DNA of 64,000 nt, taken from positions 26,790-90,789 of the forward strand of contig CAWVRN010000017.1 in NCBI GenBank assembly GCA_963932905.1. The letters are read 5' to 3'. Under the pieces are notes generated by a model. That model was not told the DNA's origin. It searched no databases and was given only the letters and a program-made list of their open reading frames with translations. Both the position numbers and the translations under genes were made by a program. This DNA comes from an uncultured Bdellovibrio sp. GTDB taxonomy: Bacteria; Bdellovibrionota; Bdellovibrionia; Bdellovibrionales; Bdellovibrionaceae. This document shows, in pieces, positions 39,037 to 49,223 of this stretch (position 1 is the stretch's first letter; each line of letters opens with the position of its first letter).

Positions 39037-40176
39037 TTACGTGGTAGAAACTCTAGCCATCAGTTGCCGGTAAATCACCTCTTTCAATACAAGTGGTTTC
39101 CGTTCGGCAAGAGTCTTTGCATACGGGTCTGTCGAAATGTCAAAATCCAATTCTAATGTATCGGATTTTAAAATTACCCTCACCGCATTTTGGGTATCTT
39201 GAGTAATAGAAATCCAAGCCATATGTGGAGGTATTGTTCCATTTGGAATTAACTGAGGCGGTGCGGGATGGTTGAAATACGACACTGTTTGTTTATCCCA
39301 TTCATTCACCCATAGTTTAAAATCGGCAAAGATACCTCCGCGGGTGACATCGTCAATTAAAGTCAGAGCTGATCTGGATTGAAAAAAGGATTTGAAAAAA
39401 TCAGGGTAGGGATATTTGTTTTTATAAATTAAAATAGGCCGTAGCGTTTTCTCGATCGCCGCCACGAGCGGTTTATTTTTGTCTTCTTGCGATTTCAAGT
39501 AGGTAATTTTCACTTCGACATAAGGCAGATGAACTCGATAGCCCACCACTACGTCGTAATCTTTCACCAAGTTTTCAATTTGGTAAGCGACTTCGCTTTC
39601 CCCAAGCCCCATCGTATTCCAAATTTCCGTAATCTCGGCGTCTGATTTTACTGAATGATCTTGAATCCACTGACGCAAATAATTTTCTAAAACACTTTGA
39701 ACTTCTTTAGGTGGGCCGGGTAGGACAAAAATTTCTTTGCCTTTAGCTGATAGGTGAAAACCATGGGCTGTACCCTTGGAATTTTCCATCACATGCGCGC
39801 CTACAGGAAACATGGCTTGATGTTTTTGAAAATCGCGTACTACGACTCCACGTTGAGTTAAAATATCTTGGATATGCGACCAAACCGACTCATCGAGCTG
39901 TAATTCTTTACCAGACCATTCACTGACCATATCGCGAGTGAAATCATCTGTTGTGGGTCCGAGGCCTCCATACACGAATAACCAATCCGTTTCCGGGGCT
40001 ACAAAGTCGAAGGACTGCATGATCAATTTGCGATCGTCCGGTACTACAATATGCATCTGATTCTTGATGCCCATCTCTTGTAAATATTTTGCAATGGTGG
40101 GGGAATTCGTGTTCAGTGTCTGAGCAGAGGTTAATTCCGTTCCAATAGCAATATGACTGGCTCTGATGGTTTTCAT
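39037..40176 (-). CDS. cinA: CinA-like protein (molybdopterin-binding-type N-domain, degenerate C-terminus)
   Basis: IGTEL, GGLGPTTDDFT, NSKGTAHG, LPGPPKE, GLGESEV. Confidence 0.8.
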   Translation of the reverse strand: MKTIRASHIAIGTELTSAQTLNTNSPTIAKYLQEMGIKNQMHIVVPDDRKLIMQSFDFVAPETDWLFVYGGLGPTTDDFTRDMVSEWSGKELQLDESVWSHIQDILTQRGVVVRDFQKHQAMFPVGAHVMENSKGTAHGFHLSAKGKEIFVLPGPPKEVQSVLENYLRQWIQDHSVKSDAEITEIWNTMGLGESEVAYQIENLVKDYDVVVGYRVHLPYVEVKITYLKSQEDKNKPLVAAIEKTLRPILIYKNKYPYPDFFKSFFQSRSALTLIDDVTRGGIFADFKLWVNEWDKQTVSYFNHPAPPQLIPNGTIPPHMAWISITQDTQNAVRVILKSDTLELDFDISTDPYAKTLAERKPLVLKEVIYRQLMARVSTT

Positions 40177-40297
40177 GGCCTTGAGCCTATACCCATTTTA
40201 GGGTTTTCCGCAAGGCGTAAAAATTGGCTAGAGTAAGCGATTTACTTTCGCGCTAAGCCTTTGTATAGATGAGCCTTCTCAAAACTAAGGACTGACT

Positions 40298-41503
40298 ATG
40301 ACTCATTACAAAAGCTATGATTTGTATAACCCAACTGAAGAACACAAGATGCTGCGCGAAACGCTGGCTCAGTTCACTCAGTCAGAAGTGGAGCCACAAG
40401 CTCATGAATTCGACCGTAAAGAAAACTTCAACTTAGATCTTTTTAGAAAAACGGCGGAGTTAGGTTTAATGGGTATCACAGTTCCTGAAGAATACGGCGG
40501 CGCAGGAATGGATGCGACAGCAGCGGTTATCGTTCATGAAGAATTATCCTCTTCGGATCCTGGTTTTGCGTTAGCTTATCTGGCTCACTCGATGTTGTTA
40601 GTGAATAACTTAGCTCAGAATGGTTCTGAAGAACAAAAAAAGAAGTATCTTCCGAAAGTCTGCTCGGGTGAATGGATCGGCGCGATGGGTATGTCAGAGC
40701 CTCACGTAGGAACAGATGTTCTGGGTATGACGTCCACGGCAGAAAAAAAGGGTGATAAGTACATCCTTAACGGTCGTAAAATGTGGATCACCAACGGGAC
40801 CATCGATGAAAACAAAACTCCCTGCGATTTAGTTTTAGTTTACGCTAAAACAGGCGAGAAAAATGGTCGTCCGTTAGTTTCATCATTCCTAGTTGAAAAA
40901 GGCATGAAGGGTTTCTACGTAGGACAAAAAATCAAAGATAAATTGGGTATGCGTGCTTCAAACACAGCCGAACTTGTTTTTGAAAACTGTGAGGTGCCGC
41001 TAGCGAACTTGATCGGCCATGAAGGTGATTCGATGATTCACATGATGAAGAATTTAGAGATCGAACGTCTAACGTTAGCAGCGATGGCTTTGGGTATCGC
41101 TCGTCGCAGTATTCAAATCATGAACAAATATGCGATCGAACGAGAAGCTTTCGGAAAATCACTGAATTTCTTCGGTCAAATCCAAAAGCACATCGGCGAT
41201 TCGTATGCGGAATACAAAGCGGCTAAAGCCTACGTATACGAAACAGCCCGTAATTTAGATATCAACAAAGAGGGCAATCGCTTAGATAGTGATGGTGTTA
41301 AACTAGTAGCTACGACGATGAGTAAAAACGTGGCTGATAGAGCGATCCAAGTATTGGGTGGTTATGGTTATGTTGGTGAATACGTAGTTGAGCGCCTATG
41401 GAGAGATGCGAAGTTATTAGAAATTGGTGGCGGCACACTGGAAGCTCACCAAAAAAATATCACGCGTGATCTAGTTAAAAACCCAAGCGTTTTAGATATC
41501 TAA
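40298..41503 (+). CDS. Acyl-CoA dehydrogenase (isovaleryl-CoA dehydrogenase-like)
   Basis: MGMSEP, GRKMWITNG, KLGMRASNTAEL, QVLGGYGY, RDAKLLEIGGGT. Confidence 0.9.
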   Translation: MTHYKSYDLYNPTEEHKMLRETLAQFTQSEVEPQAHEFDRKENFNLDLFRKTAELGLMGITVPEEYGGAGMDATAAVIVHEELSSSDPGFALAYLAHSMLLVNNLAQNGSEEQKKKYLPKVCSGEWIGAMGMSEPHVGTDVLGMTSTAEKKGDKYILNGRKMWITNGTIDENKTPCDLVLVYAKTGEKNGRPLVSSFLVEKGMKGFYVGQKIKDKLGMRASNTAELVFENCEVPLANLIGHEGDSMIHMMKNLEIERLTLAAMALGIARRSIQIMNKYAIEREAFGKSLNFFGQIQKHIGDSYAEYKAAKAYVYETARNLDINKEGNRLDSDGVKLVATTMSKNVADRAIQVLGGYGYVGEYVVERLWRDAKLLEIGGGTLEAHQKNITRDLVKNPSVLDI

Positions 41504-42204
41504 TGTTTCCGCATTCTGAAGAAATTGAAGTTTCACCTCATTTGAAGGTGAACTACAAATTAGTTTTAGACTTGTTGCTGCCGCAGATAACCCAAGAGCG
41601 TCAGCAACGTTTCAAAGAAGTCCTATCACATCGCACGTTCGAGGTCGCAACCGTTTGTGAAAGCATTTACGATCACGGCAACATTTCTGCTGTGATTCGC
41701 AGCGCTGAAGCGTTTGGATTTGCGCCATTTCACATAATTGAAACTAGCGATAAATTTAAAAATTCGGCTCGAGTCACTCGTGGTGCAGAAAAATGGGTGG
41801 AATCACGCAAATGGAAATCGACGGCTTCAGCGGTTGATTTTCTAAAATCTGAAAAACGTAAACTTATCGTCACATCATTGGATGCAAATGTAGCTATCGA
41901 TGATATTGATTTCTCGCAGCCGGTGGCACTAGTGATGGGAAATGAAAAAGATGGTGTGTCAGAAGAAATGAAGGCTGCGGCAGACTATCGCATCAAGATT
42001 CCAATGTATGGCTTTGTGCAAAGTTTTAATATTTCGGTAGCGGCTGCGATTAGTTTGCATCATATTTCGCAAAAACGAAAACAGGCGGGACTTGTTTCGG
42101 AATTGACGGAACTTCAACGTGATATATTAAAAGCTCACTACGTTTTACGTACGCTGGATTCGGGTGCAGATCAATTACAAGAGTATTTCAATAGACAAGG
42201 TTAA
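41503..42204 (+). CDS. trmH: SpoU/TrmH family RNA 2'-O-methyltransferase
   Basis: NISAVIRSAEAFG, GAEKW, MGNEKDGVS, IPMYGFVQSFNISVA. Confidence 0.85.
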   Translation: MFPHSEEIEVSPHLKVNYKLVLDLLLPQITQERQQRFKEVLSHRTFEVATVCESIYDHGNISAVIRSAEAFGFAPFHIIETSDKFKNSARVTRGAEKWVESRKWKSTASAVDFLKSEKRKLIVTSLDANVAIDDIDFSQPVALVMGNEKDGVSEEMKAAADYRIKIPMYGFVQSFNISVAAAISLHHISQKRKQAGLVSELTELQRDILKAHYVLRTLDSGADQLQEYFNRQG

Positions 42205-42207
42205 ACG

Positions 42208-42720
42208 ATGGCTAAGAAAAAAATATCAAGAGCAGAAGAACTAAAAAATTTCAAACTCGGCGAAACGCAAACGGACTACAGTTCAGATTACAATCCTAAA
42301 TTGCTTGAGGCGTTCCAAAACAAGAATCCGGGCAAGATTGCCTGGACGTCATTCATCTGTACTGAATTTACGTCTTTATGTCCAAAGACTGGCCAGCCCG
42401 ATTTTGCGAAGATCTTTATTAACTACATTGCTGACAAAGAAATGATCGAAAGCAAATCTTTAAAATTATATCTATTCAGTTTCCGCAATCACGGCGATTT
42501 CCACGAAGATTGCGTGCAAACGATCTGTGACGATATCGTGGATTTGATTAAACCACTCTATATTGAAGTCGTGGGTGAATTCACACCTCGTGGTGGTATT
42601 GCGATTTATCCTTATGCAAGTTTTGCAGATAAGAGCGCGCGTTTTCAAAAACTGCGTGACGATCGTTTGATGAACTATGCTCCGGGTAAGTATTCGATGG
42701 AACTTTCAAAACTGTACTGA
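42208..42720 (+). CDS. queF: NADPH-dependent preQ0 reductase QueF (unimodular)
   Basis: EFTSLCPKTGQPDFA, ESKSLKLYLFSFRNHGDFHE, FTPRGGI. Confidence 0.95.
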   Translation: MAKKKISRAEELKNFKLGETQTDYSSDYNPKLLEAFQNKNPGKIAWTSFICTEFTSLCPKTGQPDFAKIFINYIADKEMIESKSLKLYLFSFRNHGDFHEDCVQTICDDIVDLIKPLYIEVVGEFTPRGGIAIYPYASFADKSARFQKLRDDRLMNYAPGKYSMELSKLY

Positions 42721-42742
42721 ACAACAGCATGGGTTTGTGTGA

Positions 42743-42865
42743 TTACGGAGTTTTAGAAATTTTAGTAATCGTCACGTCGTGCGTTGAATTCATGTTGTTG
42801 CATGAAACATAGCCTAATAATGTACATGTGATTAAAGCAGAAATTAAAATCGTCTTGCGAAGCAC
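42743..42865 (-). CDS. Putative 40-aa small lipoprotein (not in ORF track)
   Basis: GTG start 8 nt after AAGGA; MLRKTILISALITCTLLGYVSCNNMNSTHDVTITKISKTP. Confidence 0.5.
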   Translation of the reverse strand: MLRKTILISALITCTLLGYVSCNNMNSTHDVTITKISKTP

Positions 42866-43007
42866 TTTTCAAATCCTTTTCAAAATGGCTTTTTGCAGAA
42901 GGGAATTCAAGGCAGTCTAAACGAGTCTGAAGTTCCCATTCCCTTGGCCCGTCAGAAACTCATCTAGATGCTCGATAACTTATTTTGGGATAAGTATTTA
43001 AATGAGT

Positions 43008-44633
43008 CTAAACAATTTTTTTTATAAAGATAGATTTCATCTTTTGATTTTGGTTAGGAAAATCGAAATCTAGACTTTGGTAAGGAGTCTTTTCTAACAC
43101 GAACTTATATGATCTTTCAGGTAGAGCTCTGCGCACTTGCTGAACCAAACCTTCTGAATTCCACTTTTCAAAATTAGTCGAGAACAAGATGTGTCCTTCA
43201 GGATTCAGGCACTGAAAGCAACTTTGCAGTAGTAAATCGACGTCTTTCTCAATTTGGAAAACACCTTTATCTGAACGGCCAAATGTAGGTGGATCGCAAA
43301 CGATCAAATCCCATTTTCTATTTTTGTTAATGGCACCTTTCATAAAGTGCATTGTATCTGCGCTCCAGAACTGGAACTGGGGCGCTATCGGTAGGTTATT
43401 CAGAGCAAAGTTTTCTTTCGACCATTCGATAAAGCTTTTGCTTAGATCAACGGTGGTAACTTCTTTAGCTTTGCCAACGGCCGCACACACACTGAAGCCA
43501 CTTGTGTAAGAGAATAAATTTAGTACTGATTTGTTTTCTGAATTGTTTAGAACCCATTTGCGATTTTCACGCTGGTCTAAGAACAAACCTGGGGATTGAC
43601 CTTGATGAGATTTTAATTTGAATTTTAAATCGTTTTCCTGTGCCGTCCAATCCATAGATGGAAACTCTTCACTCCATTTTCTGTTGGCGTATTCAAATCG
43701 AAGAAGTTCATTTTTTCCAGGTGCTTTTCCGCGATCGTACATAGGTTTTAGAAACACTGGCTTTTTAAAATAAGATGAAATCCATTCGGTCACTGATTTT
43801 GCTTTCTCGATAGTTTCAATTTTTAATTTTGGGACATCGGTCTTTTGTTTCATTGCCGCTGTGTCGCCGTTACCGAAATAAACATAGAAGAATAGGTTTT
43901 CGCCGTATTGATCTAATAAGACGTTACTGACTTCGGTGTGCGTCCAGCGAAAACATTCCTGGTTTTCGACATTGTAGATACGACTACGTTTTTCAAATTC
44001 TGCAATTAAAGGGTAATAAGTATGGGTCATATCTTCGAACGGATTTTTCGAAGTGAATGTCTCGCCTTCGATTTGCAGTTCACTGCAATGAAGGCACAGG
44101 CGGAAATAAGTAGTGCCTGAGTATTTGGTATCGCCTAAAATTGGAATTCCTAAATCCAGTGCATGCAGACGTATCTGGTGAGTCTTTCCTGTTTTGATTT
44201 GAGCCTGCCACAGGTACAGAGGACCCGATTCCGTGGAGATCGATTTTAAAAATGTAAATTGGCTAAACGCATTGGGTGTTCTATTTTTATCGCTGTACCA
44301 GGTTTTTTCTGTGCCTTTTTGATCGATAAAGGATTTAACCTCGATAGATGCTTCTGCTGTTTTCGCTTTTCGATCTGTCACAAACAAATAGGTTTTCACT
44401 GTCTGGTCGTTTTGCCACGCTGTATTTAATTCGCCGGCAAAGGCCTTCAAGGGAAACAAAATCAAACCCGATGTTGTGGCATCCAAACGTGAAATGATCG
44501 CTAGTTCGAGTCCAGTTTTCTGTTCTAAAAATTCTTTGAAGCCGTCCTTGTAATCGTCGACCTTATGAGTAGTCATCCCATAAGGTTTCTCGGCAATGAT
44601 AAAGCGGGGAGTTTGCTTGATAATTAACTGCAT
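43008..44633 (-). CDS. Fusion of RluA-family pseudouridine synthase and RlmI/RlmK-like SAM methyltransferase
   Basis: N-half EKPYG, SRLDATTSG, TGKTHQIRLH, ILGDTKY; C-half GLFLDQRENR, LNLFSYTSGFSV, DPPTF. Confidence 0.85.
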   Translation of the reverse strand: MQLIIKQTPRFIIAEKPYGMTTHKVDDYKDGFKEFLEQKTGLELAIISRLDATTSGLILFPLKAFAGELNTAWQNDQTVKTYLFVTDRKAKTAEASIEVKSFIDQKGTEKTWYSDKNRTPNAFSQFTFLKSISTESGPLYLWQAQIKTGKTHQIRLHALDLGIPILGDTKYSGTTYFRLCLHCSELQIEGETFTSKNPFEDMTHTYYPLIAEFEKRSRIYNVENQECFRWTHTEVSNVLLDQYGENLFFYVYFGNGDTAAMKQKTDVPKLKIETIEKAKSVTEWISSYFKKPVFLKPMYDRGKAPGKNELLRFEYANRKWSEEFPSMDWTAQENDLKFKLKSHQGQSPGLFLDQRENRKWVLNNSENKSVLNLFSYTSGFSVCAAVGKAKEVTTVDLSKSFIEWSKENFALNNLPIAPQFQFWSADTMHFMKGAINKNRKWDLIVCDPPTFGRSDKGVFQIEKDVDLLLQSCFQCLNPEGHILFSTNFEKWNSEGLVQQVRRALPERSYKFVLEKTPYQSLDFDFPNQNQKMKSIFIKKIV

Positions 44634-45051
44634 TTAATAGAACGATTTGAATATTTTTTCACCAAAAGTCAATGCTTCGTAGGCCACCATGGATTCTATA
44701 CACCACAAAGAAGGCGATCGCTGCCGTTCTAGCCGGTTCAAAATGGCACGCTCAAAATGAGATTAGTATTTGTATTCCTGGGCGTCTGAAAACTACAGGT
44801 TAGGGCAATGGGGTGCTGTAATACGGCCTAATTGGAAACGGGTTACTGAGTGATAGCCTACCGTCTCGGATTGAGTCGCTTTGCTAGTCTATTTTTGGGA
44901 ATTCACTCACTAAAGTTATTTATAATGTCCCCTAATTATTCATGTAGTTTGTACCGACAACCGAATAGAATTTACGGTGTCTCGGGGAGGTGGCTCGATT
45001 GCAATGCTATCTATTCGGGGCCTGAGAATCGATATAACCTAGGGGTACTGG

Positions 45052-47013
45052 ATGAATCGTATACGGATTAAATTGATATACTTTTCGATTTTGTTTGTTG
45101 TAATCCTTATTCCTTTTAATAACTGCTCAAAACCGTTCGCAGTTTCTGAAGAGAGCGAATCATTTTCTAGTTTAACAACTGGCGAAGATCTAGTGTATGG
45201 ACAAAAACTTTATCAACAGCATTGCGCAAGTTGCCACGGCGTTATCCATGCCTCGACTAAAAAAGATAAATCGGCTGAAACTATTCTAGCTGCCTTCGGT
45301 ACCGTTCGTGCGATGGCAAGTTTAAGTTCAAAACTAGATAGTAAACAAGTAGCAAGTATAGCGTTAGCGCTAAAGTCGCCGAAAACTAATGATGGCCGCA
45401 TCCAATTTGCGTGTACTCCAGATTTAGCGATGCAGAGTTCTATTCATAGATTAAGTAATCGAGAACTAAAAAATACCATTGCTTCGTTGTTGAAGAATAT
45501 TAATTCTTCACTTGTTCCTGATGCTGAACTTTCCCGTTTAATTAGTGAGCTTCCTATAGACAATAAATCCAAGAAGGAAAATACATTTTTAGTAACTCCT
45601 GAAATAATAAATGGTCATTTTGAAGTCGCTTACTATCTTGGAAATTATATTGCTAAATCAGATACAGCCAAACGAAGTTTTCCAGGGACATCTGGTTGTT
45701 TATTGGCGTCTCCAATTACTCAAGCTTGCGCAAACAACTTCATCAAAGAGTTAGGTGGTTTGGCATTTCGTCGTCCCCTTTCAAATACTGAAATTGAAAA
45801 TTTAGCAACTGCATTTTCCGACTCTTCATTGACAACGGATATCGAGAGGATCGCAAATGTTGTGTCGATAGTAGTGATGAGTCCAGATTTTTTATATTTG
45901 ATATATGACGGAGGAACTCCTAAGGCTGATGGCAAACTCGCCTTAACGTCCTACGAGTATGCAAGCAAAATTTCCTTTTTGCTGACGGGTGCACCGCCAG
46001 ATTCAGTGTTGCGCGATTTAGCTAAGTCGGGAGCGATACTGAATTCCGACGTTGCTGCAGGCCAAGTAAATCGTCTGATAAAAACTGATTTAGGCAAGGA
46101 ATCCATCCAGCGATTTTTCAAAGAGTGGACGCACTATGATCAGTTCGAGGGTTTTAACTATTCCAGCGAGGTCTTGAATGGCCAATCTTTGGAAAACCTT
46201 CGTCAGGCGATGGAGCGTGAAATAAATGAATTTTTGGTTGATGTCGTTGTTTCAAATGAGGGAACTTATAAAGAACTTCTGATGTCTACAAACTCCTTTG
46301 TATATGACAATTCGCTGGCGCAAATCTATGGAATCGCTAATCCACTAGGAAAAGTCGGGTTAGCAAGTCAACACCGCGCTGGCCTTTTAACAAGGGCCGC
46401 ATTCTTAACAAAACGTTCTGGTCCTTTGACCTCTCCAGTTAAGCGAGGTCTTCTAATTAAAGAGGCATTTCTATGTGAAGGTGTCGGTTCGCCGCCGCCA
46501 GATGCACCATCAATGCTAGAGCCATTGCCGGTGGACACCTATTTAACGACTCGTGATCGGTTAGAACATTTGACGATGAAAACTGGTACTTCATGTGTAA
46601 ACTGCCACACGAGTATGAACAACTTAGGGTTTCCTTTTGAAATGTATGACACCTTGGGACGCGTCCGTGACAAAGAACGAATTTTTAAACCTGATGGAGC
46701 TTTTTCGGGAGTTGAATTGCCGATTGATACTAAGGCGGAGAGCAAAGATATCGAATCCAGTGTGATTCAAATTGCCGATGCGGTTGATTTATCTTCAAAG
46801 TTATCGAACAACGACAAAGCGCTATCTTGTTTTGTTTCCAAATGGACTGAATTTCATTTGCGACGAACCCCAGCATCGGGCGATGGCTGTTTGATGAACG
46901 AATCGCTGAACACGATTTATGGAAAGGATTCGAATCAAGGATCTATCCAGGAACTGATTAGGAACACGATTCGTTCTGAACATTTTAAAAATTGGAATTA
47001 TTTATCAAAGTAG
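45052..47013 (+). CDS. Cytochrome c / DUF1592-DUF1588-type lipoprotein
   Basis: FNNC signal, CASCH and CVNCH, RLSNRELKNT, AFRRPL, SPDFLY, RAGLLT, TSPVKRG, GFPFEMYD. Confidence 0.8.
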   Translation: MNRIRIKLIYFSILFVVILIPFNNCSKPFAVSEESESFSSLTTGEDLVYGQKLYQQHCASCHGVIHASTKKDKSAETILAAFGTVRAMASLSSKLDSKQVASIALALKSPKTNDGRIQFACTPDLAMQSSIHRLSNRELKNTIASLLKNINSSLVPDAELSRLISELPIDNKSKKENTFLVTPEIINGHFEVAYYLGNYIAKSDTAKRSFPGTSGCLLASPITQACANNFIKELGGLAFRRPLSNTEIENLATAFSDSSLTTDIERIANVVSIVVMSPDFLYLIYDGGTPKADGKLALTSYEYASKISFLLTGAPPDSVLRDLAKSGAILNSDVAAGQVNRLIKTDLGKESIQRFFKEWTHYDQFEGFNYSSEVLNGQSLENLRQAMEREINEFLVDVVVSNEGTYKELLMSTNSFVYDNSLAQIYGIANPLGKVGLASQHRAGLLTRAAFLTKRSGPLTSPVKRGLLIKEAFLCEGVGSPPPDAPSMLEPLPVDTYLTTRDRLEHLTMKTGTSCVNCHTSMNNLGFPFEMYDTLGRVRDKERIFKPDGAFSGVELPIDTKAESKDIESSVIQIADAVDLSSKLSNNDKALSCFVSKWTEFHLRRTPASGDGCLMNESLNTIYGKDSNQGSIQELIRNTIRSEHFKNWNYLSK

Positions 47014-47027
47014 ATAAAGGCGGATAA

Positions 47028-48560
47028 ATGAGTATTATATTCAATAAACTTAGTCGAAGACAGTTTTTAGTTGGCTCTGGTGAGCTGGCTTTGGCTCTGC
47101 CATTGTTGCCATCATTGCTGTCTTCAACGGCCAATGCTCAGGTTAACCTTGTCCCACAAAGAATGGCATTTTTTAATTTTGGACACTGTCTGCCGGAATC
47201 AAAATGGATTAACCCTTCTGTCGCAACAAGGGATGTTGGTGTAGATGGCGCCAAAGAGGCAATACTTAGCGCCCTTAGTCCCGGCCCGTGGGGATCGCCA
47301 ATTAGTGCATCCCTTTCAAACCCAGTGTTTGAGCGCCTAAGAGCCAAGGGGCATATAAGTGTCGTGCGTGGAATCGATAATATGGTTCATTCTGGACATG
47401 GAGCTCAATATTTAAGTGGATCTTCTCAAAGAGTAGACCAGTGGAATCCGTTACCGTTTCCATCAATCGACACCGTTTTTGAGAGTTCGCCAACCTTGTA
47501 TCCGTCAAGTACTCCTACCAATGTGAAAAAAGTAGTTCGATTGGATCATGGGGACATTGAATCTTCTTATAAAAAAGTTGGCAGTCAAATTGTGCCAGTG
47601 CCCGGTTATTCGGGACCAGTTCAAATTTTTAAAGACTTGTTTTCTACTTTGAGCGGCGGACCTGCCAACGAAGTTGATCCGTCTTTGAAGTTGAAGAAGA
47701 GTATTTTGAACCGGGTTCATATGTCCTATCTTTCTGCCAAAGGTAACAGAAGAATTTCTTCTGAAGACAAAAACCGGTTAGAAGAGCATATGAGTTTAAT
47801 TAGCGATTTAGAGAAAAAAATTTCCTCATCCTCTTTAGTTTCTACTACCGCATCGTGTGTTAAACCGACGGCACCGACTTCTGACGGAAATTACCAAGAA
47901 ATAAACACTTTAAGTCTGCAACTGATGGCCTTAGCCGTGAAATGTGGTTTGTCTAAAGTTTTTGTAACGGATTTTGAAGGCCATATTGGTTCTGGAATTA
48001 GCGGGCTTCCTAAAAATGTCAGTTTTCATAACGGCATCATTCACAACAACGAAGGGCAAAACTATTCAGAAGCTCAAATTAATGACTACTTTATGGTGTG
48101 GATGAAATGGCACCTTGATTTAATGGCGACTAATTTTTTTAGCCCACTTGACGTAGAGGAAGGAACGAGTGGTCGAACTTATTTGGATAATATGCTTTCC
48201 GCAGTTCTAACCGAAGGCGGTATAGATACAAGTCCGGGTAATCATACGTGCTTTGATTTTCAACCCATTTTATTTGGAACTATGGGCGGATATCTGAAAG
48301 GCGATAGATACACAGTTCTACCGACTAAGACTGAACAGGTGTATCAGCATGTATTTAAATATAGAGTCCCATACAACTGTTTGTTAATTACTTTTTTAGA
48401 AGCCATGAAGATACCAAAGGCCGAATACACTGTGCTTACAAACGGTAAGGGCTATGGTATTTATAAGGCTGGTCAGTTTGGAGATGTAGAGTTACCGGAA
48501 TACACAAAGTATTTTGGCCACAGATTTTATTCTCCGATTACTGAAATTTTAAAAGGCTAA
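47028..48560 (+). CDS. DUF1552-like Tat-exported protein
   Basis: LSRRQFL...LALPLLPSL, SIDTVF, EDKNRLEEHMSLISDLEK, TYLDN; follows DUF1592 gene. Confidence 0.78.
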   Translation: MSIIFNKLSRRQFLVGSGELALALPLLPSLLSSTANAQVNLVPQRMAFFNFGHCLPESKWINPSVATRDVGVDGAKEAILSALSPGPWGSPISASLSNPVFERLRAKGHISVVRGIDNMVHSGHGAQYLSGSSQRVDQWNPLPFPSIDTVFESSPTLYPSSTPTNVKKVVRLDHGDIESSYKKVGSQIVPVPGYSGPVQIFKDLFSTLSGGPANEVDPSLKLKKSILNRVHMSYLSAKGNRRISSEDKNRLEEHMSLISDLEKKISSSSLVSTTASCVKPTAPTSDGNYQEINTLSLQLMALAVKCGLSKVFVTDFEGHIGSGISGLPKNVSFHNGIIHNNEGQNYSEAQINDYFMVWMKWHLDLMATNFFSPLDVEEGTSGRTYLDNMLSAVLTEGGIDTSPGNHTCFDFQPILFGTMGGYLKGDRYTVLPTKTEQVYQHVFKYRVPYNCLLITFLEAMKIPKAEYTVLTNGKGYGIYKAGQFGDVELPEYTKYFGHRFYSPITEILKG

Positions 48561-49108
48561 CCGGTTGCGGCCTCTTCATGCTCCTTGCAAATCTTTTTTG
48601 TGTCTTCCAGAGTTAGCTTTTCTTTGGTGAGTCCGCACACAAAAACATTTTTTCCAGCATTCTGGTTGAACCGGCAAGTGATGCAGGTTCCAAAGCTTCG
48701 AAGACCGTTCTTTTTTTGAATAGAAGTGAGTAGAGTCTTAAGGCCTGGTTCTAGTTCCTCTGTGCCTTCCAGATCCATACTGGCGAACATGCGATGAGTG
48801 ACGGCAGACCCTTTCGCGGTCAGAGACAGATGATAGATTCTTTTATCTATTTTATCTTGGGTTCTTTTGACAAAACCTTGTTCTTCAAGAAGTCCTAAGC
48901 TTTGTGAAATGCTACCTTTGGTTTGGCCCAAATACTCGGAGATGGCTTGCGTGGTGTCGGAGTAGCGGTTGCTCACCGACAGATATTGCATAATTTCAAC
49001 GTGAACGAGCTGAAGCCCTTCTTCGTTCGCAAAGCGCCTCATTAAATTTCGATGAACTGCAGAGAGTCGTTCAAGCCACTGACTCACGGCGTTTGTTTGA
49101 TTTGCCAT
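48557..49108 (-). CDS. MarR family regulator with C-terminal Cys cluster
   Basis: wHTH TKGSISQSL...DKR...LTAKG; CITC...C...CKEH tail. Confidence 0.85.
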   Translation of the reverse strand: MANQTNAVSQWLERLSAVHRNLMRRFANEEGLQLVHVEIMQYLSVSNRYSDTTQAISEYLGQTKGSISQSLGLLEEQGFVKRTQDKIDKRIYHLSLTAKGSAVTHRMFASMDLEGTEELEPGLKTLLTSIQKKNGLRSFGTCITCRFNQNAGKNVFVCGLTKEKLTLEDTKKICKEHEEAATG

Positions 49109-49168
49109 ACTTATATAGTATCGAATCTAAACATATTTGACAAGCTCAAAATCTTGGTCTATCTTTAG

Positions 49169-49193
49169 TAATAGTTTAGATTCTAAACTATTA
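49169..49193. promoter_or_regulatory. Perfect 12-1-12 palindromic operator, probably MarR site
   Basis: TAATAGTTTAGA-T-TCTAAACTATTA between divergent marR and ahpD-like genes; weaker copy at about 49115-49134. Confidence 0.8.
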
Positions 49194-49223
49194 ACCGCCT
49201 TAATGGCACAAAAGGAGACATCT

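Noticed and set aside
42866..43007. Possible riboswitch (SAM, c-di-GMP, preQ1) near queF
   Set aside because: No recognisable aptamer consensus, and it lies downstream of queF
44850..45071. 73-aa ORF before the DUF1592 gene
   Set aside because: No motif or SD; overlaps the probable promoter region
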